Shown piece by piece: positions 30,960 to 41,623 of a stretch of 64,000 nucleotides of DNA (positions are counted from its first letter, which is position 1; every line of letters starts with the position of its first letter). Below the pieces are notes generated by a model. It made no database searches, had not been told where the DNA came from, and was given only the letters and a program-made list of their open reading frames with translations. The DNA is from Lachnospiraceae bacterium (GTDB taxonomy: Bacteria; Bacillota; Clostridia; Lachnospirales; Lachnospiraceae). The stretch lies in the NCBI GenBank assembly GCA_024698865.1, contig JAILQS010000015.1, positions 10,284-74,283 of the forward strand. The letters are read 5' to 3'. The translations under genes were made by a program, and so were the position numbers.

Positions 30960-31838
30960 TTAGTATTTTTTTCGATTCTTTAATTCTTCATACAATAAGA
31001 CATAATTGTCATACCTGGTCTTACTAATCTTGCCATTTGCCAGCGCTTCTTTGACTTTACAGTCCGGCTCATTGATATGCTGACAGCCGTTAAAACGGCA
31101 ACCTGCGGAATACTCGAAAAACTCCGGAAAATATTCTCTCAGTTCTTCTTTTTCCATTTCTTCTACGTAGATAGAGCTAAACCCCGGCGTGTCCATAATG
31201 TATGTATTGTTTCTTACACAAAACAATTCCGAATGCCTGGTCGTATGACGGCCACGCTCTATTTTTCTGCTGATACTTCCGGTCTCCATCTGTGCCTCCG
31301 GAGAAATCAGATTAATGATGGAAGATTTACCGACGCCGGACGGACCGGCAAGAACTGTCGTCTTCCCTTCCAGCAACGCATCCAGCTTATCAATACCATC
31401 TTCCAGGTATGTACTTGTAATCAATACCGGATAGCCACATCCCTCATAGATTCCTTTTAACTTACGTATGTTTTCCTCTGTCGTCACATCGCTTTTGTTA
31501 AAACAGACAACCGCAGGAATCCCTTCATGAATCATGCGTATCAGAAACCGATCCAGAAGATTAAAGTTTGGCGTAGGTTTTGCCACAGCAAAAATGACTA
31601 ACGCCTGGTCAACATTAGAAACCGCAGGGCGCACCAACTGGTTCGCCCTCGGTAAAATGCCTGTAATATTACCTGTATGGTATTCCTCTGATAATATCTC
31701 AATCTCAACATTATCTCCAACCAAAGGTTTGATCTTTTTATTACGAAAAACACCTTTCGCTTTACATTCGTATACTCCCCGGTCCACTACATGCACATAG
31801 TAAAATCCGGCGATTCCTTTGATAATCTTACCCTGCAT
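30960..31838 (-). CDS. rsgA: ribosome small subunit-dependent GTPase A
   Basis: 292 aa with a circularly permuted GTPase (NKSD...GPSGVGKSS) and a C-terminal zinc-finger cluster (CRFNGCQHINEPDC). The start overlaps the prkC stop (TAATG). Confidence 0.93.
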   Translation of the reverse strand: MQGKIIKGIAGFYYVHVVDRGVYECKAKGVFRNKKIKPLVGDNVEIEILSEEYHTGNITGILPRANQLVRPAVSNVDQALVIFAVAKPTPNFNLLDRFLIRMIHEGIPAVVCFNKSDVTTEENIRKLKGIYEGCGYPVLITSTYLEDGIDKLDALLEGKTTVLAGPSGVGKSSIINLISPEAQMETGSISRKIERGRHTTRHSELFCVRNNTYIMDTPGFSSIYVEEMEKEELREYFPEFFEYSAGCRFNGCQHINEPDCKVKEALANGKISKTRYDNYVLLYEELKNRKKY

Positions 31839-33895
31839 TATTTTTTAACCTTCTTAAAGGTGATGGAATACGTACCTCCGACTTTCTTTCCGTTCAGGAA
31901 CATCTCGATGGTTCCGGCAGAATCGCTCTTACCTTCCACAGATTTCTTCAGTGGGAAATCATAGAAGGTCATTGTCTGCTCAAATACCACCTGGCTGCTT
32001 CCATCCTGTGTAAGCACAAGACGGATGGTACCCTGTTCATCTTCGTAGTCGAATGGATTATCTCCAATCGTAATGGTTCCTTTGTAGCTGTAGCTTTCCT
32101 CTTTACCCATACTTACCGTATAAGAAATCGTGGTTCCTTCTTTCACTTCTGCACCTGCATTTTTGCTCTGTTTGATGACATAGCCCTTCTTAACGGTATC
32201 ACTGTATTTGTACGCACTGACTTCTCCAATCAGTCCGACATCGGCTAATGCTTCCTCTGCCTGTGCCTCTGTACATTTGCTCAAATCCGGAACTTTTACT
32301 TTCTTCTCTTCCGGCCCTTTGCTGATATATACGGTTACACTTTCACCTTCTGCAACGCGTGCACCGGCTTCCGGATCCGTACGTGTTACATAACCTTCTT
32401 TTACATCTTCGCTGAATTCTTCTTCAAAGCCGGCAATCTTAAATCCTTTGAGGGAAAGTGCCACGCTGGCATCATCTTTTGACTGATTCTTTACATCCGG
32501 CATATCAATCTTGTTATCACCGGTATTCACATAGATGGTTACTTTATCGCCTTTGACAAGTTCGGCACCTTTCACCGGATACTGCTCACATACCTGTCCT
32601 TCCTCATATTCTTTGGAAACCATCTCTTTCGTCTCAACTTCCAACCCAAGCGCTGTCAGTTCAGAATATGCCTCTGCTTTGGTCTTTCCAAGAACCTCCG
32701 GCATTTCAACCTTTTCTTCTTCATCGACCGGTTCAACAGATGCCGTAGCTGTCGGTGATGGTGAAGGAGAAACCTTCACTTCTTTTGATTTGCCCATTCC
32801 CATCAGTTTCACAACAATAATGATAATGAATACCACTACCAGAATTGCCACAACGATACTTCCGGCAAACATAAGTTTTTCAAGTTTCGGATCCAAATCT
32901 CCCTCTTCTTCTTTCTCCTCCGGAAGATTCAGATTATCCTCATCTGTTCTGGTATCTAATTCATTCATAATACTCTGACGGCTTGCATTCTTAATCTGTC
33001 TGGTTTCATCCTCGGTAAACTGTCTGGTAGGTGAAGCATCTACCAGCGTATCCGATAACATAACGAAAGAACCACTCGGATCGGAAACTGCACGTTTCAA
33101 GTCTTCCAGCAATGCAGTTGCATTTGGATATCTGCGCTCAGATTTCTTCTGCATACACTTCATAACGATGCGTTCCATACTTACTGTGATTTCGGGATCA
33201 ATCTGTCGAAGTGGAACCGGTTCTTCCTGAATATGTGCCAATGCAAGAGAAACTGTATTATCCCCCTGGAACGGTACACGACCGCTCAGCATCTCATACA
33301 TCGTAACACCGAATGAGTACAGGTCGCTTCTTGCATCACTGTATCCGCCACGCGCCTGTTCCGGTGAAATGTAATGTACCGAACCCATTGCGTTGGATGT
33401 AATCGTATTCGAGCTTGCTGCTTTCGCAATACCAAAGTCTGTTACTTTTACTTTTCCATCTCTGGAAATAATAATATTTTGTGGTTTAATATCTCTGTGA
33501 ATAATTCCATTATCATGTGCGGCCTGAATACCTTGAACAATCTGAATTGCAATTCCATTCGTTTCCTGTGAAGTTAATCTGCCTTTATTTTCAATGAAAT
33601 TCTTAAGGGTAACGCCTTCTACCAGTTCCATTACAATGTAGTGAAGTCCCTGGTCTTCTCCAACATCATATACATTTACAATGTTCGGATGCGTAAGTCC
33701 TGCTGCCGACTGGGCCTCTGCTCTAAATTTATCTACAAACTTTTTATCTTCGCTAAATTCCTGTTTTAAAATCTTTATTGCAACAAAACGATTCAAACGG
33801 TGGTCTTTTGCCTTGTATACATCTGCCATTCCGCCAGTACCAATTTTGTTCAGAATCTCATATCTCTCACCAATAATCATCCCCGGACTAACCAT
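31838..33895 (-). CDS. prkC: PASTA-domain Ser/Thr protein kinase
   Basis: 685 aa with a Hanks kinase (GTGGMADVYKA, HRDIKPQN, DFGIA), a TM and three PASTA repeats plus a C-terminal beta domain. Confidence 0.93.
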   Translation of the reverse strand: MVSPGMIIGERYEILNKIGTGGMADVYKAKDHRLNRFVAIKILKQEFSEDKKFVDKFRAEAQSAAGLTHPNIVNVYDVGEDQGLHYIVMELVEGVTLKNFIENKGRLTSQETNGIAIQIVQGIQAAHDNGIIHRDIKPQNIIISRDGKVKVTDFGIAKAASSNTITSNAMGSVHYISPEQARGGYSDARSDLYSFGVTMYEMLSGRVPFQGDNTVSLALAHIQEEPVPLRQIDPEITVSMERIVMKCMQKKSERRYPNATALLEDLKRAVSDPSGSFVMLSDTLVDASPTRQFTEDETRQIKNASRQSIMNELDTRTDEDNLNLPEEKEEEGDLDPKLEKLMFAGSIVVAILVVVFIIIIVVKLMGMGKSKEVKVSPSPSPTATASVEPVDEEEKVEMPEVLGKTKAEAYSELTALGLEVETKEMVSKEYEEGQVCEQYPVKGAELVKGDKVTIYVNTGDNKIDMPDVKNQSKDDASVALSLKGFKIAGFEEEFSEDVKEGYVTRTDPEAGARVAEGESVTVYISKGPEEKKVKVPDLSKCTEAQAEEALADVGLIGEVSAYKYSDTVKKGYVIKQSKNAGAEVKEGTTISYTVSMGKEESYSYKGTITIGDNPFDYEDEQGTIRLVLTQDGSSQVVFEQTMTFYDFPLKKSVEGKSDSAGTIEMFLNGKKVGGTYSITFKKVKK

Positions 33896-33907
33896 CTCGT
33901 ATCTCCT

Positions 33908-34633
33908 TTATATTTGTATTAATATTAATGAAATATTATCTTTTCCACCGTTAGCATTTGCCTTTTCGACTAATTTGCCACCTGCGGTGTTGATATCTTC
34001 TCCATGTTTCTGAATGAGTTTAAGCATTTCTTCATCATCCATCATATTGCTTAACCCGTCTGAACACATTAAAATAACGTCACCTTCATCAATGTTAACT
34101 TCAAAATAATCTGCGATGACTTCTTTCCCTGTGCCAAGTGCCCGGGTAATTATATTCTTATTCGGGTGGAACTTTGCATTCTTACGTTCCAATTCTCCGT
34201 TACGAATCATTGCCTCTACAAGCGAATGATCCTCTGTAACCTGCGTAATTGTATCACCTTTGATGATGTACAACCTGGAATCACCGATGTTTGCCACAAA
34301 CATCCGATTCTCACACACTACCGTTCCAACGAATGTAGTACCCATTCCTTCGAACGCACTGTTACTTACAGACTCTTCATATATTTTGGTGTTGGCATAT
34401 TTGATTGCCTCTTCCAACGCGCTTACCGGAGTCACAAGAGCGGACTTTTCAATACTTTCCACTACACAGGATACACAGGTTCTCGATGCGTGATCTCCTG
34501 CCTTATGTCCTCCCATACCGTCAGCAACGATAAATAAATTCGGCAGATTGCCTATCGGTTCTGACTTACAGAATACATAATCCTGGTTGACCTCTCTCTG
34601 TCTCCCTACGTCTGTAATGGAACAAACTTTCAT
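33908..34633 (-). CDS. prpC: PP2C-family Ser/Thr phosphatase
   Basis: Motifs are ITDVGRQREVNQD, ADGMGGH and DNISLILI. ATG at 34633 has GGAGG 7 nt upstream. The ORF track extends to 34690. Confidence 0.92.
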   Translation of the reverse strand: MKVCSITDVGRQREVNQDYVFCKSEPIGNLPNLFIVADGMGGHKAGDHASRTCVSCVVESIEKSALVTPVSALEEAIKYANTKIYEESVSNSAFEGMGTTFVGTVVCENRMFVANIGDSRLYIIKGDTITQVTEDHSLVEAMIRNGELERKNAKFHPNKNIITRALGTGKEVIADYFEVNIDEGDVILMCSDGLSNMMDDEEMLKLIQKHGEDINTAGGKLVEKANANGGKDNISLILIQI

Positions 34634-34644
34634 TCCATAACCTC

Positions 34645-35703
34645 CTAACTGTTGCTTTGATCCAGATAACTTTTCCGAAGCTGACCACACGCAGCATCGA
34701 TATCGCTACCCATCTCTCTTCTAATGGTAACATTAATCCCATATTTTTCAACTATATTTTTAAAATTTATTATTTCGCTTTCTGCGCCATGCCGATAATT
34801 TCGTTCTTTAATCTTATTCACCGGAATCAGATTGACGTGAGCATGGGCGTTAGGCGCCAGCCTGCTTTTTAATAATTCTCCCAGTTTATGCGCTTCTTTT
34901 TCATTTGCATTTACGCCCTCCACCAGACTGTATTCAAAGGAAATGCGTCTGCCGGTCACTTCAAAATAATAATTACACGCATCAAAAATCTCCTGTATGG
35001 TGTATTTATTTGCAATCGGCATCAGTTCTTTTCTCGTTTCATCATCCGGTGCGTGAAGCGAAATTGCCAATGTAATCTGCAGTTTCTCATCTGCAAGTCT
35101 TCGGATATTTTCCACAATACCACAAGTAGATACGGTAATATTTCTCTGACTGATATGTAATCCTTTTTCATCGGTCAACATTCTAATGAAGGAAATCAGG
35201 TTGTCATAATTATCTAACGGTTCTCCCGTTCCCATAACTACAACATTGGAAACCCGCTCACCTGTGTTTCGCTGAATTTCATAAATCTGCGACAGCATCT
35301 CACCGGGTGTCAGATTCCGTTCCAAACCACCAAGTGTAGAGGCACAAAAACGACACCCCATCCGGCATCCGACCTGCGACGAAATACACACGCTGTTACC
35401 GTGCTTGTATTTCATAAGCACACTTTCAATCACCCTTTTGTCCTGCAATTGAAACAGAAACTTAGCGGTTCCATCATTTTGGGACACTCTCTTATCTACC
35501 ACGCTTAACGGTGATATACAAAAATGTTCCTCCAGTTTTTCCCGCAGATTTTTTGAAAGATTGGTCATATCTGCAAAGGATGGGACCAGTTTTTGATGCA
35601 CCCATTCATATACCTGTTTTGCACGAAAAGATTTTTCGCCGTACGAAACAAGTAATTCTTCCAACTCCCGATAAGACAGGGAACGAATATCTTTCTTTTC
35701 CAT
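34645..35703 (-). CDS. rlmN: 23S rRNA/tRNA (adenine-C2)-methyltransferase, radical SAM
   Basis: 352 aa with CxxxCxxC (GCRMGCRFCAS), MGTGEPLDN and the conserved C-terminal Cys (DIDAACGQL). Confidence 0.94.
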   Translation of the reverse strand: MEKKDIRSLSYRELEELLVSYGEKSFRAKQVYEWVHQKLVPSFADMTNLSKNLREKLEEHFCISPLSVVDKRVSQNDGTAKFLFQLQDKRVIESVLMKYKHGNSVCISSQVGCRMGCRFCASTLGGLERNLTPGEMLSQIYEIQRNTGERVSNVVVMGTGEPLDNYDNLISFIRMLTDEKGLHISQRNITVSTCGIVENIRRLADEKLQITLAISLHAPDDETRKELMPIANKYTIQEIFDACNYYFEVTGRRISFEYSLVEGVNANEKEAHKLGELLKSRLAPNAHAHVNLIPVNKIKERNYRHGAESEIINFKNIVEKYGINVTIRREMGSDIDAACGQLRKSYLDQSNS

Positions 35704-35720
35704 ACTATACTTCCATCCTT

Positions 35721-37109
35721 TTATTCCTTATTCACCAAACGTGCCAGGAAAAATCCATCGGTATCCTGTACTCCCGGTATCAGCTGTAAATAGCCTTTGG
35801 CACTTGTTTCGCAACGTAAATCTTTTGGAAGATACGGATCCAGAGACTCCGGTTTTAAGTTGGAGTTTTCCATCATCCATTTCACATTTTGAAGATTCTC
35901 TTCTTTGGCAATGGTACAGGTACTATAAATGAGCGTACCGCCCGGCTTTACGTAAGAGATAACCGTCTTTAATATCTGCCGCTGTATTTTACTTAACTCT
36001 TCAATATCTTCCTTCGTCGTCTTATACTTGATATCTGCTTTTCTTCCGATTACACCAAGTCCGGAACACGGAAGGTCTGCAATCACAATATCTGCTTTTC
36101 CTATATCTTCCGGCACACATTCACTTGCGTCCTGCACTCTTGTTTCTATATGCTCTAACTGCAGACGCCGTATATTCTCCTCAATCAGCGAAACCTTGAA
36201 AGGAACCAGATCCCTGGCAGACACTTTGCCGTTACCGCTAAGCTGCTCTGCCAGATGTGTTGACTTTCCTCCGGGCGCTGCACACACATCGATAATATAA
36301 TCTTCTTTATCCGGTGCTGCCACTAATCCAATCAACATGGAGCTTTCATCCTGTACCTGAAACCTTCCCTTTTGAAAGGACGCAAGTCCCTCCAGATAAT
36401 TATAGTTCTCTATATAAAGTGCGCTTTTTACATAGGACGCAGGAGTTACCGTAACACCTTCCTGTTCTAATGCTTCCTTTAGTTCCTCTACTGTATTTTG
36501 ATGAAGGTTGCAACGGATGGTCGTCTTTTTGTGCAAAAGAAAATATTCCATTGCCTTCTTCGCATTTTCCCGTCCCAGCTCATTCACAAAATGTTCCACC
36601 AGCCATTCCGGCATGGAATACTTCACACTTGCATATTTTGTCCATTCCTTTGCATTTGCAGATTCCTGTGGAAAAGAGAGCTTTGTTTTGTTGCGTGCGA
36701 TGTTGCGGAGAACACCGTTTACAAAGCCCTTCAGGTTATAAAACCCCCGTTTGTCGGCAAGCTTCACCGCTTCGTTACAGGCTGCACTGTCAGGGATAGC
36801 ATCCATATAACAAATCTGAAATGCGCCCATTCTGATAATGTTGCGAATCAGCGGTTTCATTTTCCGGGTTTTGGTTTTTGAGAAACTATCAATAATATAA
36901 TCAAGGGTAATTGCCCTTTCCACAACGCCTTCCGTAAGGTAATTCAAAAAGGCTCTTTCCTTTTTATCTAAATACTGATAGTTTTGCAGCACCTGTCGAA
37001 TCATCTGGTTCGAATAGGCACCGTTTTCCATTACTTCCATTAGGATGTCGAGCACCAGTGCCCGAACATTGACTGACGAACCAGAGTTAGTCACGATTTC
37101 TTCCTCCAA
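35721..37109 (-). CDS. rsmB: 16S rRNA (cytosine967-C5)-methyltransferase
   Basis: 462 aa with an N-terminal NusB-like domain, DVCAAPGGKS, DLPCSGLGV and YSTCT motifs. Confidence 0.92.
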   Translation of the reverse strand: MEEEIVTNSGSSVNVRALVLDILMEVMENGAYSNQMIRQVLQNYQYLDKKERAFLNYLTEGVVERAITLDYIIDSFSKTKTRKMKPLIRNIIRMGAFQICYMDAIPDSAACNEAVKLADKRGFYNLKGFVNGVLRNIARNKTKLSFPQESANAKEWTKYASVKYSMPEWLVEHFVNELGRENAKKAMEYFLLHKKTTIRCNLHQNTVEELKEALEQEGVTVTPASYVKSALYIENYNYLEGLASFQKGRFQVQDESSMLIGLVAAPDKEDYIIDVCAAPGGKSTHLAEQLSGNGKVSARDLVPFKVSLIEENIRRLQLEHIETRVQDASECVPEDIGKADIVIADLPCSGLGVIGRKADIKYKTTKEDIEELSKIQRQILKTVISYVKPGGTLIYSTCTIAKEENLQNVKWMMENSNLKPESLDPYLPKDLRCETSAKGYLQLIPGVQDTDGFFLARLVNKE

Positions 37110-37836
37110 ATAACATTACAAGACGTAACAACTGTAAAACTGAAGATGCTGCGCCTGCAACATACGTAAGTGCTGCTGCCTTCAATACTTTTCTCACTCC
37201 GGATACTTCATCCTCGTACACCATCCCGGAATTGTTAAGAATTGCAACCGCCCGTCTCGAAGCGTTGATTTCAACCGGAAGCGTTACAATCTGAAATAAT
37301 ACGGCTGCCGCAAAAAACAATATTCCAAGATCCAGTATTGTCTGATTCCAGCTAAGCAGTACTCCTGCAATAATCATCAGCCAACTGAATTTTGCACCAA
37401 AGTTTGCAACCGGTACGAGCGCGGAACGAATCTGAAGCGGAACATAACCTTTGGCATGCTGAACCGCATGTCCACACTCATGTGCCGCTACTCCGACTGC
37501 CGCAATCGAGCTTCTGTGAAATACCGGCTCCGAAAGACGAACTACTTTTGTTCTTGGGTCATAATGGTCCGTAAGTTCTCCGCGGATTGGCTCCACTCGA
37601 ACGTCGTATAACCCCTGGCTGTCAAGTATTCTTCTTGCTGCCATTTCTCCGGTAAGTCCGTTGTGTGTATTGTATCTTGAATATTTGTGAAATGTAGTTT
37701 TCACCCTGGCAGATGCCATCAAAGTGATAACTGCACCAATAATAATTAAAATATAGGTCGGATCCCAATAAAAACCATATCTGCCCAATCCATATCCATA
37801 ACCTCCGTAATACATAAGTGCTGTAATCATACGCAT
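37087..37836 (-). CDS. membrane zinc metallopeptidase (YugP/Zn_peptidase_2-like)
   Basis: 249 aa with HExxH (AAHECGHAVQH) between TM segments. It overlaps the rsmB start by 23 nt. Confidence 0.8.
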   Translation of the reverse strand: MRMITALMYYGGYGYGLGRYGFYWDPTYILIIIGAVITLMASARVKTTFHKYSRYNTHNGLTGEMAARRILDSQGLYDVRVEPIRGELTDHYDPRTKVVRLSEPVFHRSSIAAVGVAAHECGHAVQHAKGYVPLQIRSALVPVANFGAKFSWLMIIAGVLLSWNQTILDLGILFFAAAVLFQIVTLPVEINASRRAVAILNNSGMVYEDEVSGVRKVLKAAALTYVAGAASSVLQLLRLVMLFGGRNRD

Positions 37837-37856
37837 TGCCTCCTTATCACCTATGA

Positions 37857-38798
37857 TTATGATTCCAAGGAATCAAACCTGTGTCCTGCTTCCAGTGGAT
37901 ATCCACGTAAAAATGCTGCCACATCCATACGTTTCTTTCCCTCCAACTGCAGTTCCAGAATAATCAAATCCTTATCGCCGGTGCCAATAGAAAATGCATC
38001 CTTCGATACACTTGCTACAGCCCCCTGCATTCCTTCTGTATGGGTATCCGACACTTTTGCTTTCCAGATTTTGAGTGTCTTTCCATCCAATGTAGTATAT
38101 GCACTTGGCCACGGATTTAATCCACGGATGTATCTTTCCAGCTTTTCTGCCGGCTGACTAAAATCCAGTTTACCAATTGTTTTATTTAACATCCTGGCAT
38201 AGGTTGCCTCATCATCATTTTGCTTGATTGGGGTAATCTCCCCTTTTTGAAGTTTGGGAAGTGTCTCAAGTAAGAGTTCGCCTCCCATCCCGGATAATGC
38301 ATCAAAAAGTGAACCACCGGTTTCTTCACCGGTTAATGTCATCTTTTGCATAGTTAAAATATCGCCGGTATCCAGACCTTCATTCATCTGCATAATGGTA
38401 ACACCACATTCTTTGTCGCCATCCAGAATCGCCCACTGAATCGGTGCTGCCCCTCTAAGTCGCGGTAGCAACGATGCGTGTATATTTACACATCCGTACT
38501 TTGGAAGTTCCAATATTTCTTTTGGCAATATCTGACCAAATGCTGCAACAACAATCACATCCGGCTGCAGTTTTGTAAGTACTTCTATAAACTCCGGATT
38601 TCTCACCTTGACCGGCTGATATACCGGTATGTCGTACTTAAGCGCGGTCTCTTTTACCGGCGGAAACTGCATATTCTTTCCGCGTCCCTTTGGCTTGTCC
38701 GGCTGTGTCACAACCGCCAGAATATTATATTTTTCCCGAATCAGCGCTTCCAATGCCGGAACCGCAAAATCCGGAGTTCCCATATATACTATATTCAT
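37857..38798 (-). CDS. fmt: methionyl-tRNA formyltransferase
   Basis: Begins MNIVYMGTPDFAV, with HASLLPRLRGAAPIQWAI. ATG at 38798 has GGAG 8 nt upstream. The ORF track starts at GTG 38807. Confidence 0.94.
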   Translation of the reverse strand: MNIVYMGTPDFAVPALEALIREKYNILAVVTQPDKPKGRGKNMQFPPVKETALKYDIPVYQPVKVRNPEFIEVLTKLQPDVIVVAAFGQILPKEILELPKYGCVNIHASLLPRLRGAAPIQWAILDGDKECGVTIMQMNEGLDTGDILTMQKMTLTGEETGGSLFDALSGMGGELLLETLPKLQKGEITPIKQNDDEATYARMLNKTIGKLDFSQPAEKLERYIRGLNPWPSAYTTLDGKTLKIWKAKVSDTHTEGMQGAVASVSKDAFSIGTGDKDLIILELQLEGKKRMDVAAFLRGYPLEAGHRFDSLES

Positions 38799-38815
38799 AG
38801 ATATCACTCCATTTA

Positions 38816-39319
38816 TTATACTTCATCGTTGTCTTCGATATCCTCAGGTTCCGCCTGTCCGGTAATCAGTTCACCTTCTACCTTTTCCACATACAGATGA
38901 CCATCCAGATGATCGATTTCATGACAAAGTGCTCTTGCCATCAATTCCTCGCCCTCGATAATGAATTCCTCCATATCAAGGTTGTAAGCTTTCACTTTCA
39001 CATAATTCGGTCTTCTGACATCGCCCGCTTTACCAGGTACGCTAAGACAACCTTCCTGTCCAAACTGTTCACCACTCGTCTCGAGAATCTCGGGATTAAT
39101 TAAAACCACAGCAGAATCTCTTTCCTGGCTGATGTCGATTACCACCACTCTTTTTAAGATTCCCACCTGCGGTGCTGCAAGTCCCACACCGTCTGCCTCA
39201 TACATAGTATCCAGCATATCTTCCACCAGTACACGAAGACGTGGCGTAACCTCTTTTACTTCTCTACATACCTTATTCAGAATAGGATCCCCTATCTCTC
39301 TGATATTACGAATTGCCAT
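38816..39319 (-). CDS. def: peptide deformylase
   Basis: Motifs are [13 protein letters not shown] and [11 protein letters not shown] at 39319 is preceded by AAGGA. The ORF track starts at GTG 39343. Confidence 0.94.
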   Translation of the reverse strand: MAIRNIREIGDPILNKVCREVKEVTPRLRVLVEDMLDTMYEADGVGLAAPQVGILKRVVVIDISQERDSAVVLINPEILETSGEQFGQEGCLSVPGKAGDVRRPNYVKVKAYNLDMEEFIIEGEELMARALCHEIDHLDGHLYVEKVEGELITGQAEPEDIEDNDEV

Positions 39320-39346
39320 TTCATCATCCTTTCCAGATGTCACGAA

Positions 39347-41572
39347 CTAATAGTTTCTTGTTGGATCAAAGTCAAATTGTACGATGACATCTTCAAATAT
39401 TTCTGAGTATTTTACATAGCCTTCCAAATAATTCTTCAACTCTTTGAGTTTGTCGTAATCCGGGCATTTTACATACATGACAAATCTGTAGTAATCATTT
39501 ACCCGGGACAGACTCGCCGGAGCCGGACCCATTATTTTGAATTGTTCTTTATCCTCTCGTTCTAAAAGCATTCCACGCAATCGTCCGGAAGCATCCCTTA
39601 CTTTCTCTTCCTCTTTAGAAAGTAAAAATACTACCATCATATGTGATGCCGGTGGATATCCAAGCATTTGGCGGTACAGCATCTCTTCCTCATAAAACCC
39701 GGTATAATCGTTATTCTGCGCTGCAATAATCGCATAATGTTCCGGATTATAGGTTTGTACTACCACTTCCCCGGGAAGTTTATCTCTGCCTGCTCTTCCG
39801 GATGCCTGTGAAAGCATTTGGAATGTCTTTTCAGCCCCTCTGTAGCCGTCTGCATATAATGCCATATCTGCTGCCAGTATTCCGACAAGTGTCACTTCTT
39901 TAAAGTCATGTCCTTTTACAATCATCTGTGTTCCCACCAGAATATCTGCCTCATGGTTGGCAAAAGCGGACAAGATTTTATTATGTCCGTCTTTTCTTGC
40001 CGTCGTATCTGCGTCCATTCGCAACACTCTTGCATCCCGAAACTCTTTTTTAATCATTTCTTCTACCTTTTGAGTTCCGGTACCAAAGGCTGCGATAAAG
40101 GGCGAACCGCACTCCGGACATTTCTTATGCATCGGCTCCTCGTATCCACAGTAATGACAACAAAGTTTATCTCCGTTGTGATACGTAAGCGATACGTCAC
40201 AATGAGGACATTTTAACACATGTCCGCAACTGCGACAAGAAACAAATCCTGCATAACCTCTTCGATTAATAAACAGCATGATTTGTTCCTGTTTTCTTAA
40301 GCGGTCTGCAATCAGATTCTTTAACCGCCTGCTTAAAATGGAATAATTTTTATGTTTCAATTCCTCACGCAAATCTTCGACCCAGATTTGCGGTAATGTG
40401 CCTTTTCCTGCACGATTACCAAGCGTAAGCAACTGATACTCACCACTCTTTGCTTTATAAAAGGACTCCAGAGACGGTGTTGCCGAACCGAGAACACAAC
40501 TGATTCCAAGCATCTTTGCTCTGGTTACCGCCACTTCCCTTGCGTGATATTTGGGCGGATTATCACTCTTATAACTGTCTTCATGTTCTTCATCAACTAT
40601 AATAAGACCTAAATTTGAAAATGGTGTGAACAGTGCAGAACGCGGACCAATCATAATATCAATCTGTCCCTCTTTCGCGCGCACATATTGATCGTAGCGC
40701 TCACCCTGAGACATCTTCGAATGAAGAATGGATACCCGGTCGCCAAATCTTTTATAAAAACGGCTTACCGTCTGGTATGTAAGCGCAATTTCCGGTATCA
40801 GCATGATTGCCTGCTGTCCGGCTGCAACCACCTGTTCAATCACTTCCATATACACTTCTGTCTTGCCACTTCCGGTGATACCATGAAGAAGGTAGGTTTT
40901 GCATATTCCCGCCTTATAGTCGTTAATCATCGTATCCGCTGCCTCTCTCTGGTCACCGTTTAGTTCAAATTCTTTACCGGTCTTTGAAAGATTGGAGACA
41001 GGATTTCGAAAAATGTGCTCTGACGTCACTTGAATTATGTTCTGCTTCTCCAGATCTTTTACCGTACCGTAACTGATATTTAATTTATCACAAAGGATAT
41101 GATAATCCTGATTATCTTCTTCCAAAAGTGCGCTAAGAAGCCGTATTCTGGCTCTGTAATTTTTTTGTATGCAGCTACTTAGGATTGTCTTGGCTTCCTC
41201 CACCGGCACTGCCAACTGTATATATTTTTTTTCAATGGATTTAACGGATTTTTTGATGGGAATGACGGTCTTTAGGGCATCAATCATCGTTCCGCCGTAG
41301 TCATCCTTTATCCGATACGCCAGTTCAATCAAATGACTTTGGATCGGGAGTCCGCCTTCCACCACAGAATCAATATATTTGATTTTGTCAACGTCCCAGT
41401 TCGGTGTTTCACTGATTCCGACCACATAACCAAAAATCAGTTTATTTCCTCTTCCAAACGGGATATTTACCGGTGTACCGATACTGATGTTTAGGTCAGG
41501 CTTTATTTTATATTGGTAAACTTTGTCCAGATTTTCGTGGGAAATATCCACAATAACATCTGCAAATAACAT
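39347..41572 (-). CDS. priA: primosomal protein N' (replication restart helicase)
   Basis: 741 aa with Walker A GITGSGKTEVY, DEEH and a Cys-rich zinc insert (CRSCGHVLKCPHCD...CHYCG...CPECG). Confidence 0.94.
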   Translation of the reverse strand: MLFADVIVDISHENLDKVYQYKIKPDLNISIGTPVNIPFGRGNKLIFGYVVGISETPNWDVDKIKYIDSVVEGGLPIQSHLIELAYRIKDDYGGTMIDALKTVIPIKKSVKSIEKKYIQLAVPVEEAKTILSSCIQKNYRARIRLLSALLEEDNQDYHILCDKLNISYGTVKDLEKQNIIQVTSEHIFRNPVSNLSKTGKEFELNGDQREAADTMINDYKAGICKTYLLHGITGSGKTEVYMEVIEQVVAAGQQAIMLIPEIALTYQTVSRFYKRFGDRVSILHSKMSQGERYDQYVRAKEGQIDIMIGPRSALFTPFSNLGLIIVDEEHEDSYKSDNPPKYHAREVAVTRAKMLGISCVLGSATPSLESFYKAKSGEYQLLTLGNRAGKGTLPQIWVEDLREELKHKNYSILSRRLKNLIADRLRKQEQIMLFINRRGYAGFVSCRSCGHVLKCPHCDVSLTYHNGDKLCCHYCGYEEPMHKKCPECGSPFIAAFGTGTQKVEEMIKKEFRDARVLRMDADTTARKDGHNKILSAFANHEADILVGTQMIVKGHDFKEVTLVGILAADMALYADGYRGAEKTFQMLSQASGRAGRDKLPGEVVVQTYNPEHYAIIAAQNNDYTGFYEEEMLYRQMLGYPPASHMMVVFLLSKEEEKVRDASGRLRGMLLEREDKEQFKIMGPAPASLSRVNDYYRFVMYVKCPDYDKLKELKNYLEGYVKYSEIFEDVIVQFDFDPTRNY

Positions 41573-41623
41573 CCTCTCACCTCAGTTACATTTTCACAGC
41601 GTTCACTTTAAGCGGTGGATTGC